From the sequence record SRR20825019_590: a stretch of DNA of 37,745 nt; one strand, written 5' to 3'. The notes under the pieces were generated by a model. The model was given only the letters and a program-made list of their open reading frames with translations, ran no database searches and was not told where the DNA came from. The number at the start of each line of letters is the position of its first letter. Within the stretch, counting starts at the first letter, position 1. Shown here one piece after another: positions 7,862 to 17,972 of the stretch. The translations under genes and the position numbers were made by a program.

Positions 7862-10537
7862 TTAGGCAGCGAGGCGGCGCAGCACATAGTGCAGGATGCC
7901 GCCGTTTTTATAATAATCGACCTCGTTTTCCGTATCGATCCGGCAAAGAACCGTGATGGATTTGGAGGTGCCATCAGCATAATTGATGGTCACGCTCACA
8001 TCCTGCCGTGGGCTGATGCTGCCCTCAATGCCGGTGATATCGAAGGTTTCTGTACCCACAAGGCCAAGGCTTTCGCGGCTGTCGCCATCCTTGAACTGAA
8101 GGGGCAAAACGCCCATGCCAACGAGGTTTGAACGGTGAATACGTTCAAAACTTTCAACTAACACGGCTTTCACGCCAAGAAGGTTGGTGCCTTTTGCAGC
8201 CCAGTCACGGCTTGAGCCTGTGCCGTATTCCTTGCCGCCCACAACAACAAGCGGGATGCCTGCTTCCTGATATTTCATCGAAGCGTCATAAATGCTCATC
8301 ACCTCGCCAGACGGTTGGTGTGTGGTCCAGCCACCTTCGGTGCCCGGTGCCATAAGGTTGCGCAGGCGGATGTTCGCGAACGTGCCGCGCATCATCACTT
8401 CGTGGTTGCCGCGGCGGGAGCCGTAGCTGTTGAAGTCTGCAACCGCAACTCCTTTGGACTGCAGATATTGACCAGCAGGGCTGTCTGGCTTGATCGCGCC
8501 TGCGGGGCTGATGTGGTCGGTGGTGATGCTGTCCCCCAGAAGGGCGAGCGGACGGGCGCCGGTGATATTGGCGGTGTCGGCCACGTCATGCCCCATGCCC
8601 TGGAAATAAGGCGGGTGCTGGATGTAGGTCGACTTGTCGTTCCACTCGTAGGTTTTGCCTTCGCTTACGGGCACCGCCTGCCACTCAGGGGTGCCAAGGA
8701 AGACATTGGCGTAACGCTCGATGAACATTTCGCGGGTCAGGGCTGAAGCGATGGCAGCCTTGACCTCTGCATTTGTTGGCCACAGGTCCTTGAGGTAAAC
8801 ATCGTTGCCGTCTTTGTCGGTCGCAATTGGATCTTTTGTGACATTGATCTTCATCGAACCAGCGATGGCGTAAGCAACAACCAGCGGCGGTGAGGCAAGA
8901 TAGTTTGCCTTGATGTCCTGGCTGACACGGCCCTCAAAGTTCCGGTTACCGGACAGAACGCTGGTGCACACCATGTCGTTTTCATTGATGGCTTTAGAGA
9001 TCGGGGCATCCAGCGGGCCGGAGTTGCCGATACAGGTGGTGCAGCCATACCCAACGAGGTTGAAACCAAGAGCGTTGAGATGCTCGGTAAGCCCCGCGCG
9101 GTCAAGATAGTCGGTAACAACCTGGGAGCCGGGTGCAAGTGATGTCTTCACCCATGGTTTGCGCTTCAGGCCGAGCTCGTTGGCTTTCTTGGCAATAAGG
9201 CCCGCTGCAACAAGCACATCCGGGTTGGATGTGTTGGTGCAGCTGGTGATAGCCGCGATGCAGACATCGCCGTTTTTCAGTTTATAGTCTTCGCCAGCCA
9301 CGGCAAATTCGCCGGTGCCGTCTTTACCAAAAGACGTCAGAACTTTGTCAAATTCTTCTGCGGCCACAGCAAGCTCAACACGGTCCTGCGGGCGTTTCGG
9401 GCCAGCAAGCGATGGCTTGACGGATGAGATATCAAGCTCAAGTGTATCTGTGAAGATAGGCTCAGGTGAATTGCTGTCGCGCCACATGCCTTGCTCTTTT
9501 GCATAGGCTTCAACAAGGGCGAGGGTTTCCGCGTCACGGCCCGTGAAGTTCATGTAATCAAGCGTTTGCTGGCTGATCGGGAAAAAGCCGCATGTGGCAC
9601 CGTATTCCGGGCCCATGTTTGCGATGGTTGCCTGATCAGCAAGTGTCAGTTGGTCAAGACCTGAGCCGTAGAACTCAACAAATTTACCCACCACGCCTTT
9701 TTCGCGCAGCATCTGCACAACGGTCAGCACAAGGTCGGTTGCCGTGATGCCCTCTTGCAGCCTGCCTGTCAGCTTGAAGCCAACGACCTCAGGGATCAGC
9801 ATGGAAACCGGTTGGCCAAGCATGGCGGCTTCCGCCTCGATACCGCCCACACCCCAGCCAAGAACCGCAAGGCCGTTCACCATAGTGGTGTGACTGTCGG
9901 TGCCGACGCATGTGTCAGGGAAGGCAACGGTGCGGCCATTCTCTTCAGCCGTCCAAACCGCCTTGGCGATATACTCGAGGTTCACCTGATGGCAGATCCC
10001 GGTTCCCGGAGGTACAGCGTTGAAGTTATCAAGGCTTGACTGGCCCCACTTGAGGAATTCATACCGCTCCGCGTTGCGCTCCATTTCAAGGTCAACGTTT
10101 TGCTTGAAGCTTTGCGGTGTGCCGAACTTGTCCACCATGACGGAGTGGTCTATCACCAGATCACACTGTGCGAGAGGGTTGATCTTCTCAGGGTCACCGC
10201 CCATCTCGGCCATCGCGGCGCGCATGGCAGCCAAATCAACAACCGCTGGTACGCCGGTAAAATCCTGCATCAAGACGCGGGCCGGGCGGTAGGCGATCTC
10301 ATGGTCAGAACGCTTGTTCTTCTGCCAATCGGCGAGGGCTTGGATGTCAGCGGTGGTAACGCTGGTGCCGTCCTCAAAACGCAGGAGGTTCTCAAGCAGA
10401 ACCTTGAGCGTATAAGGCAGGCGGGAAACGTCGCCAATCTTGGATGCGGCGGCCTTCAGGCTGTAATAATCATATTCTTTACTTCCAACCGTCAGCGTAC
10501 GGCGGGTATTCAAGCTGTCTTGCGGTGCGGATGCCAT
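7862..10537 (-). CDS. acnA: Aconitate hydratase A
   Basis: 891 aa; [70 protein letters not shown]. Confidence 0.98.
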   Translation of the reverse strand: MASAPQDSLNTRRTLTVGSKEYDYYSLKAAASKIGDVSRLPYTLKVLLENLLRFEDGTSVTTADIQALADWQKNKRSDHEIAYRPARVLMQDFTGVPAVVDLAAMRAAMAEMGGDPEKINPLAQCDLVIDHSVMVDKFGTPQSFKQNVDLEMERNAERYEFLKWGQSSLDNFNAVPPGTGICHQVNLEYIAKAVWTAEENGRTVAFPDTCVGTDSHTTMVNGLAVLGWGVGGIEAEAAMLGQPVSMLIPEVVGFKLTGRLQEGITATDLVLTVVQMLREKGVVGKFVEFYGSGLDQLTLADQATIANMGPEYGATCGFFPISQQTLDYMNFTGRDAETLALVEAYAKEQGMWRDSNSPEPIFTDTLELDISSVKPSLAGPKRPQDRVELAVAAEEFDKVLTSFGKDGTGEFAVAGEDYKLKNGDVCIAAITSCTNTSNPDVLVAAGLIAKKANELGLKRKPWVKTSLAPGSQVVTDYLDRAGLTEHLNALGFNLVGYGCTTCIGNSGPLDAPISKAINENDMVCTSVLSGNRNFEGRVSQDIKANYLASPPLVVAYAIAGSMKINVTKDPIATDKDGNDVYLKDLWPTNAEVKAAIASALTREMFIERYANVFLGTPEWQAVPVSEGKTYEWNDKSTYIQHPPYFQGMGHDVADTANITGARPLALLGDSITTDHISPAGAIKPDSPAGQYLQSKGVAVADFNSYGSRRGNHEVMMRGTFANIRLRNLMAPGTEGGWTTHQPSGEVMSIYDASMKYQEAGIPLVVVGGKEYGTGSSRDWAAKGTNLLGVKAVLVESFERIHRSNLVGMGVLPLQFKDGDSRESLGLVGTETFDITGIEGSISPRQDVSVTINYADGTSKSITVLCRIDTENEVDYYKNGGILHYVLRRLAA

Positions 10538-10755
10538 AAGATCGTGCCCTCCAGTTCAAAGGGTTTAAGATAGGCCGAATTTGCGCAGGGGAAAGCGCAA
10601 AAATTGGCTGAATACTGACGTTGTTCGGGCCGAACTACCTTGCATGCAAGAGCGGGTTGAAATAGTATTCGCGCCGGCCCGCTTTTCCCTTGCCCAACAG
10701 ACTTCTCTGGGGCCCGGGTTTCAAGCTTCATCTAACACTTTTTGTCAGGATAGTC

Positions 10756-13542
10756 ATGGGTTTGTACACCGAATATTTAAATGAGATCGAAACTCGCAAA
10801 ACACAGGGATTAAATCCCAAGCCCATCGAAGACGGGGCCCTTGTAAAAGAGATTATTTCCCAGATTACAGATCTGGAAAACGAGCACAGAAAACAATCAC
10901 TTCAATTTTTCATCTACAACACCTTGCCGGGCACCACGAGTGCAGCCGGTGAAAAAGCCATGTTCCTGAAGGATATTATCCTCGGCGATGCTGTTGTTGA
11001 AGAAATCTCGACAGACTTTGCGTTTGAGCTCCTCTCGCACATGAAAGGCGGCCCGTCGGTTGAGGTCCTGCTCGATCTGGCGCTTGAGGGTGACGCGGCG
11101 GTTGCCGGTAAGGCTGCGGAAGTGCTGAAAACACAGGTATTCCTCTATGAGGCGGATACGGACCGCCTTGCGAGCGCACACGCGGGCGGGCACGCGATTG
11201 CAAAGGACATTCTGGAGAGCTACGCCAAGGCTGAATTCTTTACCAAGCTCCCCGCCATCGACGAAGAGATCAAGGTCGTAACCTATATCGCTGCGGAAGG
11301 GGACGTTTCGACGGACCTGCTTTCGCCGGGTAACCAGGCGCACTCTCGTTCTGACCGGGAACTGCACGGCAAGTGCATGATCTCTGAAGAAGCCCAGGCT
11401 GAAATCCAGGCGCTTCAAAAACAGCACCCAGATGCGCGCGTTATGCTGGTTGCTGAAAAGGGCACTATGGGTGTGGGGTCCTCCCGCATGTCGGGCGTGA
11501 ACAACGTTGCCTTGTGGATGGGTAAGCAGGCCAGCCCGTATGTGCCCTTCGTGAATATCGCCCCGATTGTTGGCGGCACAAACGGTATCTCTCCAATCTT
11601 CCTCACCACTGTTGGTGTAACCGGCGGTATTGGTCTTGACCTCAAGAATTGGGTCAAGAAGCTGGATGCAGACGGCAACGCGGTTTTGGATGAAAACGGT
11701 GACCCGGTGCTGGAACAGACCTACTCTGTGGACAATGGCACTGTCTTCACCATCAACACCAAAACACAGAAACTTTATAGCGAAGCAGGCGAAGAAGTTG
11801 TTGATATCTCTTCTGCGCTGACGCCGCAAAAGGTTGAATTCATCAAGGCTGGCGGCTCATACGCGGTTGTCTTTGGTAAAAAACTCCAGACCTTTGCGGC
11901 TGAAACGCTGGGCACTGATATGCCAACGATTTTTGCGGCTTCGAAAGAGATCTCTCATGACGCTCAGGGCCTGACGGCTGTTGAGAAAATCTTCAACGAA
12001 AACGCTGTTGGCGTGGCCTCAAGCAAGGCCCTGCATGCCGGTTCAGACGTTCGCGTGAAAGTGAATATCGTTGGATCGCAGGATACGACAGGCCTGATGA
12101 CATCACAGGAACTGGAGGCAATGGCTGCCACAGTTATTTCCCCGACCGTTGACGGTGCCTACCAGTCAGGCTGTCACACAGCATCTGTTTGGGACAAAAA
12201 AGCACAGGCGAATATCCCGAAGCTGATGAGCTTTATGAACAAGTTTGGCCTTATCACTGCGCGGGACCCAAAGGGTGTTTACCACCCCATGACCGACGTG
12301 ATCCATAAGGTGCTCAATGACATCACGGTTGACGACTGGTCTGTGATCATTGGCGGCGATAGCCACACGCGGATGTCCAAGGGTGTTGCTTTTGGGGCCG
12401 ACTCGGGCACCGTTGCACTTGCGCTGGCAACAGGCGAAGCAACCATGCCTATCCCTGAATCTGTGAAGGTTACCTTCAAGGGCAGCCTCAAGGACCATAT
12501 GGACTTCCGCGATGTGGTGCATGCAACACAGGCGCAGATGCTGAAAGAATTTGGTGACAACGTCTTCCAGGGACGCGTGATTGAAGTGCACATCGGCACA
12601 CTGCTTGCTGACCAAGCCTTCACCTTCACGGATTGGACCGCGGAAATGAAGGCAAAAGCATCAATCTGTATTTCTGAAGATGAAACGCTGATCCAGTCGC
12701 TGGAGATCGCCAAGAGCCGTATTCAGATCATGATTGGTAAAGGCATGGAGAATGAGACAAAAACGCTCCAAGGCCTGATCGATATTGCAGACAAACGCAT
12801 TGCCGAGATCAAGTCTGGCGAACGCCCTGCTCTGGCACCGGATGATAACGCCAAATATTATGCCGAATTTGTCGTGGATCTGGACCAGATCGTTGAACCG
12901 ATGATCGCCGATCCGGATGTGAACAACGCTGATGTATCGCGGCGCTATACGCACGACACGATCCGGCCGGTTTCCTTCTATGGCGGGGAGAAGAAAGTAG
13001 ATCTGGGTTTTGTGGGGTCCTGCATGGTTCACAAAGGTGACATGAAAATTGTTGCTCAAATGCTCAAGAACCTGGAGAAGCAGAACGGCAAGGTGGAGTT
13101 TAGTGCTCCGCTCGTGATCGCGCCGCCAACCTACAACATTGTTGACGAGTTGAAGGAAGAGGGCGACTGGGCTGTGCTGCAGAAGTATGCAGGGTTCGAG
13201 TTCGATGACGACGCGCCAAAGAACGCGGCCCGCACCGAGTATGAAAATACCCTGTATCTCGAAAGGCCGGGCTGTAATCTTTGCATGGGCAACCAGGAGA
13301 AGGCCGCAAAAGGCGATACGGTAATGGCAACATCCACGCGCCTGTTTAAGGGCCGGGTTGTTGAAGACTCTGACGAGAAAAAGGGTGAGTCGCTACTGGC
13401 ATCAACACCGGTTGTAGTGCTTTCCACCATTCTGGGCCGCACGCCAAACATTGACGAGTATAAAGCTGCGGTAGAGGGTATTAGCCTCACGAAATTTGCG
13501 CCGCCGCTTGGTAAACCGCCGGTAACAGCCAACCATCACTAG
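10756..13542 (+). CDS. acnB: Bifunctional aconitate hydratase 2 / 2-methylisocitrate dehydratase (long-form AcnB)
   Basis: HEAT-like N-terminus, TDLLSP, GVGSSR, GSQDTTG, SGCHTA, GGDSHTR, FVGSCM, PGCNLCMGNQ, STSTR-like ATSTR motif; ATG at 10756. Confidence 0.93.
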   Translation: MGLYTEYLNEIETRKTQGLNPKPIEDGALVKEIISQITDLENEHRKQSLQFFIYNTLPGTTSAAGEKAMFLKDIILGDAVVEEISTDFAFELLSHMKGGPSVEVLLDLALEGDAAVAGKAAEVLKTQVFLYEADTDRLASAHAGGHAIAKDILESYAKAEFFTKLPAIDEEIKVVTYIAAEGDVSTDLLSPGNQAHSRSDRELHGKCMISEEAQAEIQALQKQHPDARVMLVAEKGTMGVGSSRMSGVNNVALWMGKQASPYVPFVNIAPIVGGTNGISPIFLTTVGVTGGIGLDLKNWVKKLDADGNAVLDENGDPVLEQTYSVDNGTVFTINTKTQKLYSEAGEEVVDISSALTPQKVEFIKAGGSYAVVFGKKLQTFAAETLGTDMPTIFAASKEISHDAQGLTAVEKIFNENAVGVASSKALHAGSDVRVKVNIVGSQDTTGLMTSQELEAMAATVISPTVDGAYQSGCHTASVWDKKAQANIPKLMSFMNKFGLITARDPKGVYHPMTDVIHKVLNDITVDDWSVIIGGDSHTRMSKGVAFGADSGTVALALATGEATMPIPESVKVTFKGSLKDHMDFRDVVHATQAQMLKEFGDNVFQGRVIEVHIGTLLADQAFTFTDWTAEMKAKASICISEDETLIQSLEIAKSRIQIMIGKGMENETKTLQGLIDIADKRIAEIKSGERPALAPDDNAKYYAEFVVDLDQIVEPMIADPDVNNADVSRRYTHDTIRPVSFYGGEKKVDLGFVGSCMVHKGDMKIVAQMLKNLEKQNGKVEFSAPLVIAPPTYNIVDELKEEGDWAVLQKYAGFEFDDDAPKNAARTEYENTLYLERPGCNLCMGNQEKAAKGDTVMATSTRLFKGRVVEDSDEKKGESLLASTPVVVLSTILGRTPNIDEYKAAVEGISLTKFAPPLGKPPVTANHH

Positions 13543-13599
13543 TTTTCCGGGGCGGCAATCAGCGATTGCCAAACGTCCCAGACACATAATCAGATACAT

Positions 13600-13629
13600 A
13601 AGCAGCGCGTCTTTCGCGCTGCTTTTTTT
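13600..13629 (+). terminator. Intrinsic terminator of acnB
   Basis: AAGCAGCGCG-TCTTT-CGCGCTGCTT followed by a T run. Confidence 0.88.
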
Positions 13630-13771
13630 CATTGTTTTCCAGGCACGCTGTTATCCGGCACATCCAACACTCCGCAACAAACTCACCGCAATTCCTTCAC
13701 TTTCCCGCCTTAATGCGCAGGCACATTGGCCATAATGAGTTTGAAAAAGACCAATAATGGATCAGAGAGCG

Positions 13772-13858
13772 ATGGAAATTTTTATTTACGCCCTTTTAGG
13801 CGCTGTAACATGTGCCGGGATTTGGCATTCCCGGAGCCAGGCCAACCGCCACTTCTAG
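13772..13858 (+). CDS. Putative 28-aa single-pass membrane peptide (not in ORF track)
   Basis: Manual translation MEIFIYALLGAVTCAGIWHSRSQANRHF*; GAGAG just upstream; alternative in-frame ATG at 13757. Confidence 0.4.
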   Translation: MEIFIYALLGAVTCAGIWHSRSQANRHF

Positions 13859-13961
13859 GCTGGCCCTACTTACTGAAAATGCGCCCTCTTGTGTCTCGCG
13901 TAAATGTTATTCGCCGGACGCAAGGGGTAGGATAAAATGACCACCTTTCAGGAGGTGGCTC

Positions 13962-14228
13962 ATGCACTTTATGGTGGTTGAAAAATTCAGGCACGGAAAC
14001 CCTCAGCCCGTTTTTGACCGGTATGAAGAGCGCGGGCATATGCTGCCTGAGGGCTTGTTTCTTCGCAAAGGTTGGGTCACTGCCGATATGAGGTGCTGTT
14101 ACCAGATCATGGAAACGGATGACCCCGCGCTGTTGAGAGAATGGACAAAGATTTGGGACGATCTCGCCGATTTTGAAATCGTGCGATTAAGCGGAACCAT
14201 GGTTCCTTCTTTAAAGCCGTCCCCGTAA
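13962..14228 (+). CDS. DUF3303-family small protein
   Basis: MHFMVVEKF...GHMLPEGL....WV....CYQIMETDD...EW...WDDLADFEIV; strong RBS (AGGAGGT). Confidence 0.8.
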   Translation: MHFMVVEKFRHGNPQPVFDRYEERGHMLPEGLFLRKGWVTADMRCCYQIMETDDPALLREWTKIWDDLADFEIVRLSGTMVPSLKPSP

Positions 14229-14531
14229 ACACTATAAGCCGTGAATACGCGTTTTGTTACTTTAGGCTGCGTTTTTGTTCACCAAGTATTGAGTATTAGA
14301 GGGTCAGTTTCTCTTAAAGTGGCCGCTGTTTTCAGGAAAATTATTTGTTTGATACTCTGACGCGCACGCCGGATAACAGGGATGATCGCCTATTTTAAAA
14401 AATACCAATCGTTATAAGCTAATTCTTGTCTGCTTCTCCGCAGAGTGACCACACGAATATGTGGACAATGGCCACAGTTCCCGTACCGTTACCTATATAA
14501 AAATATAGACACAAAAATCGGGAGCGAGGAA

Positions 14532-15689
14532 ATGCCCACAACACTGAAATCTGCTGCCTGTCTGGCGGCGGCCCTAACGGCAGGTGCGCTATATGCGAAC
14601 CCTGCCTCAGCACAAGACTATGTTGACCCTTTGTCCCAGTCCCACATCGCGGCCATAGACGACACCCTTAAGGATGTAATCGCGAACCAAGGGGTGAACA
14701 CCGCCGCTATCGCCGTTATCAAGGGCGGCACTTTGGCGTGGACGGGCTATTATGGCGAGCAGGCCCCGGGAGTTCTGGCATCTGCACGAACCCAGTTCAA
14801 TGTTGCCTCAGTCACTAAAACTGTCTCGGCGGAGACAATCCTGCGCCTGGTGGATAAAGGCGCTCTGTCGCTTGACGAATCCATGGCGCCCTATTGGGTG
14901 GACCCTGACATAAGGGACGACCCGCGTCACACCCGCCTTACACCACGTATGGCTTTAACCCACACTACGGGGTTCCCCAATTGGCGCTTCTTCAGGGAAG
15001 ATTACAAACTGGCGCTAGAGCATGACCCGGGCACCACCTACGGCTACTCAGGTGAGGGGCTGCAGTATGTGGCCAAATATGCGGAAATAAAGCTTGGTAA
15101 AAACTTTGAAGAGCTGGTCTTGGATAATGTCTTTGAACCGCTGGGTATCAAGCATGCGTCGTTCAGCGCTCGTGCCGCCAATTTCAAGAATATTGCAGTG
15201 GCTATCACCGAGGACGGTGAAACCCCAAAACCATATTGCATGCCTGGTAATAAATATTGCGTGGGTGAAGGAGAATATTCCGCAGCTGGCAACATGGTAA
15301 TCAGCCTTGAAGAGTATGCCACTTTCCTGATTTCGGTGATGAACGGGGAGGGTTATTCCGCTGACCTTATCAAGGACCGTAACCGGGTGCAGGTTACGCG
15401 GCCTGTAAAGTACTGTGACGAGGAGGCGCCCGGATGCCCAAAGGCTCAAGGTTATGGTCTTGGCTGGGTAGTGGTTGATGAAGCGAAGGATAAAATTCTG
15501 TGGCATGGCGGCAGCGACTGGTCGGCTGTTACTACCGCTTATTTTTATCAGGAATCGAAGGATGGCATCATCATCTTCCTGAACGCCCCCAACAAGTTTG
15601 GCATGGATGCCATGCCGGGTTTGATCAGGTTGCTTGATCCAACATCACCAATCATTGACCAGTATGAGCTGTGGGCTGCCCGCGAATAA
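14532..15689 (+). CDS. Exported serine hydrolase, beta-lactamase class C/AmpC-like family
   Basis: Signal peptide; F..ASVTK (SxxK), LTHTTG, PG..YGYSG, WHGG; RBS GAGGA before ATG 14532. Confidence 0.88.
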   Translation: MPTTLKSAACLAAALTAGALYANPASAQDYVDPLSQSHIAAIDDTLKDVIANQGVNTAAIAVIKGGTLAWTGYYGEQAPGVLASARTQFNVASVTKTVSAETILRLVDKGALSLDESMAPYWVDPDIRDDPRHTRLTPRMALTHTTGFPNWRFFREDYKLALEHDPGTTYGYSGEGLQYVAKYAEIKLGKNFEELVLDNVFEPLGIKHASFSARAANFKNIAVAITEDGETPKPYCMPGNKYCVGEGEYSAAGNMVISLEEYATFLISVMNGEGYSADLIKDRNRVQVTRPVKYCDEEAPGCPKAQGYGLGWVVVDEAKDKILWHGGSDWSAVTTAYFYQESKDGIIIFLNAPNKFGMDAMPGLIRLLDPTSPIIDQYELWAARE

Positions 15690-15709
15690 GGCTCATGTGA
15701 CAGACGGCG

Positions 15710-16483
15710 TTACGGTGCGCTGGGGTGGGTCAACTGCCTCAGCGTACCAGATTTTTCGAGCCCGTTGAGTGTTTCATTGGTGTGGCTGATGAACCGCTCA
15801 ATCCCTTTGCCCGGCCAGCACATCATGCTTTCTTCCAGTTCGAGAACAACCAGATCAGGATCATATTCTATCTGAACCTTGGGTTGGGCGGCCCGGTAGA
15901 GCGCGATGTCATTGTCATACGCCAGCGCATAAGTCACACGCCGGGACTGCAGCAAGTCAAGCGCCCTGAAGGTTGTAGGGACTTTCACTGGATTGGCAAT
16001 TCTGGTGGCAGTGGTGTGGATCAGAAGATCCAGAAACAATACTTCATCAACAGCAACCGCACGGTTTTCAATAATCTCTAATGATCTGGCTTTGGGTGTT
16101 TCGAGCATTGAAACAACATGTACACGCAGGATGTTGAAGGGCGTTGAAATTTTGAGCGTATCCCAATCTACCTGCGTGATTGTTGTATCTTTTGGCGGAA
16201 GTTTATGACCGGGAGAGCTGACCCCGCCAAAGATGCAGTCATAATCGTGGTCCAGCCAGTCCTGAACGCCGCGGTAGCCCGGCAGGATTGTCTGGCGCGT
16301 TTCCATTGGTGCGCCTTCAACCAGTGTGTTGAGCAGACGATTGTATGGCAGCTGTGCCCCGGGTTCGATCAGTCCGGGCATTTCCTGTACAACAATGGAA
16401 ATGCTGGCATCTTCAGCCTTCCCGGCGAAGGTGAGGGCGGCGACAAAAACGGCCGCTGCGGTATATTTAACAATAGCGAACAT
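15710..16483 (-). CDS. Orphan periplasmic substrate-binding protein (family 3-like)
   Basis: Signal peptide; PBP type-II pattern (PGLIE...ALDLLQSRRV...FISHTNETLNGLEKSGTL); no permease nearby; abuts the bolA stop. Confidence 0.6.
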   Translation of the reverse strand: MFAIVKYTAAAVFVAALTFAGKAEDASISIVVQEMPGLIEPGAQLPYNRLLNTLVEGAPMETRQTILPGYRGVQDWLDHDYDCIFGGVSSPGHKLPPKDTTITQVDWDTLKISTPFNILRVHVVSMLETPKARSLEIIENRAVAVDEVLFLDLLIHTTATRIANPVKVPTTFRALDLLQSRRVTYALAYDNDIALYRAAQPKVQIEYDPDLVVLELEESMMCWPGKGIERFISHTNETLNGLEKSGTLRQLTHPSAP

Positions 16484-16756
16484 TTAATCGGAACCGGGGG
16501 TGTCAGCCTGAATAGAGAGCGCGTGTACCGGGCCAGCCAGCTCGTCCTTGAGGGCACTCATCACCATGCGCTGCCGGGCAACACGGCTTTGCCCTTTAAA
16601 AGCCTTGGCGCGGATCACGACACGAAAGTGGCTTTCGCCGCCTTCCCTGTAGCCGGCGTGCCCACGATGCCCCTCGGATTCGTCAATCACCTCCAGGTGG
16701 TCTGGTGCAAGCGCCTCAAGCAGCTTTTTTTCGATGGTTTTGGTGACTTTACCCAT
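16484..16756 (-). CDS. bolA: BolA-family protein
   Basis: LEVIDES..H.GHAG...GESHFRVVI...F.G.SRVARQRMV..AL..EL...VHALSI. Confidence 0.95.
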   Translation of the reverse strand: MGKVTKTIEKKLLEALAPDHLEVIDESEGHRGHAGYREGGESHFRVVIRAKAFKGQSRVARQRMVMSALKDELAGPVHALSIQADTPGSD

Positions 16757-16939
16757 ATTCGACTTACTCTCTTTAACTTACGCGGGGGTTTGCAGAGGCT
16801 TATAAAGTACCATCTGTATAACAGCCATGTGAAATGTGCTGTTTCATATTGACCCAGCCGCTGGTAAACCCATGATGCATTCTTTAGAATGATTATCAAA
16901 GAATGGTTATCAAAAGATTTTAGACAAGAGGATTAGTCC

Positions 16940-17938
16940 ATGAGTGCCGCAACGGCTGAAAAGCTCCCCAGCCTGACATTGCCCGAGAAAAAAGTGTCCG
17001 TGCGCGAAACCTTCGGCCTTGACCTTGATATGGAAGTGCCTGCGTTTGCGGAACATACGGAGCATGTGCCTGACATTGATGAGGCCTATGTTTTTGACCC
17101 TGATACCACGCTGGCCATTCTTGCGGGTTTTGCCCACAATCGGCGCGTGATGATCCAGGGGTATCACGGCACAGGTAAATCAACGCATATCGAGCAGGTT
17201 GCCGCGCGCCTCAACTGGCCCACAATCCGTGTGAACCTTGATAGCCATATCAGCCGGATCGACCTTGTTGGCAAGGACGCGATTGTGCTGAGAGACGGCA
17301 AGCAGGTTACCGAGTTTCAGGAAGGTATCCTGCCATGGGCGCTGCAAAGCCCCACAGCCATCGTGTTTGATGAATATGATGCGGGCCGCCCGGATGTGAT
17401 GTTCGTGATCCAGCGTGTGTTGGAAGTAGAAGGCAAGCTTACGCTTCTTGACCAGAACCGCGTGATCCGTCCCCACCCGGCTTTCCGCATTTTTGCGACA
17501 GCTAACACGGTCGGCCTTGGGGATACCACCGGGCTTTACCACGGCACGCAGCAGATCAACCAGGGCCAGATGGACCGCTGGAACATCGTGGGCACGCTCA
17601 ACTATCTGCCGCATTCAACGGAAACCAGCATCATTGTCGCGAAAGAGCCAAGCTACGACAATGAAGAGGGCCGTAAGACAATCGCCAATATGGTGCGGGT
17701 CGCAGACCTCACACGCACCGGCTTTATGGCGGGCGATATTTCTACAGTGATGAGCCCACGTACGGTGCTGACATGGGCGCAAAACGCACGCATTTTTGGT
17801 GATGTTTCCTTTGGTTTCCGGGTCAGCTTCCTCAACAAATGTGATGAGGCCGAGCGGTCAATCGTGGCGGAATATTACCAGCGCTCGTTCGGGGAAGACC
17901 TTAAGGAATCCGCGAGCAATCTGGTGATCGGCGCGTAA
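16940..17938 (+). CDS. cobS: Cobaltochelatase subunit CobS (AAA+ ATPase)
   Basis: GYHGTGKST Walker A, VFDEYD Walker [19 protein letters not shown], CobS N-terminal domain. Confidence 0.95.
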   Translation: MSAATAEKLPSLTLPEKKVSVRETFGLDLDMEVPAFAEHTEHVPDIDEAYVFDPDTTLAILAGFAHNRRVMIQGYHGTGKSTHIEQVAARLNWPTIRVNLDSHISRIDLVGKDAIVLRDGKQVTEFQEGILPWALQSPTAIVFDEYDAGRPDVMFVIQRVLEVEGKLTLLDQNRVIRPHPAFRIFATANTVGLGDTTGLYHGTQQINQGQMDRWNIVGTLNYLPHSTETSIIVAKEPSYDNEEGRKTIANMVRVADLTRTGFMAGDISTVMSPRTVLTWAQNARIFGDVSFGFRVSFLNKCDEAERSIVAEYYQRSFGEDLKESASNLVIGA

Positions 17939-17972
17939 CGCAAAAGCATCAAAAGAGTTTAGGGTACATCTG

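Noticed and set aside
10897-11829. 310-aa antisense ORF inside acnB (likewise 25539-26561 inside the helicase and 18212-18853 inside cobT)
   Set aside because: Antisense shadows expected from codon bias in GC-rich conserved genes.
13726-13935. 69-aa ORF from the ORF track downstream of acnB
   Set aside because: TTG start, no RBS and no protein-like features; the overlapping 28-aa hydrophobic frame is more plausible.
14532-15689. Serine hydrolase as the beta-lactamase target of the BlaI/M56 module
   Set aside because: It lies about 14 kb away, no TACAnnTGTA box was seen upstream, and the sensor lacks a penicillin-binding domain.
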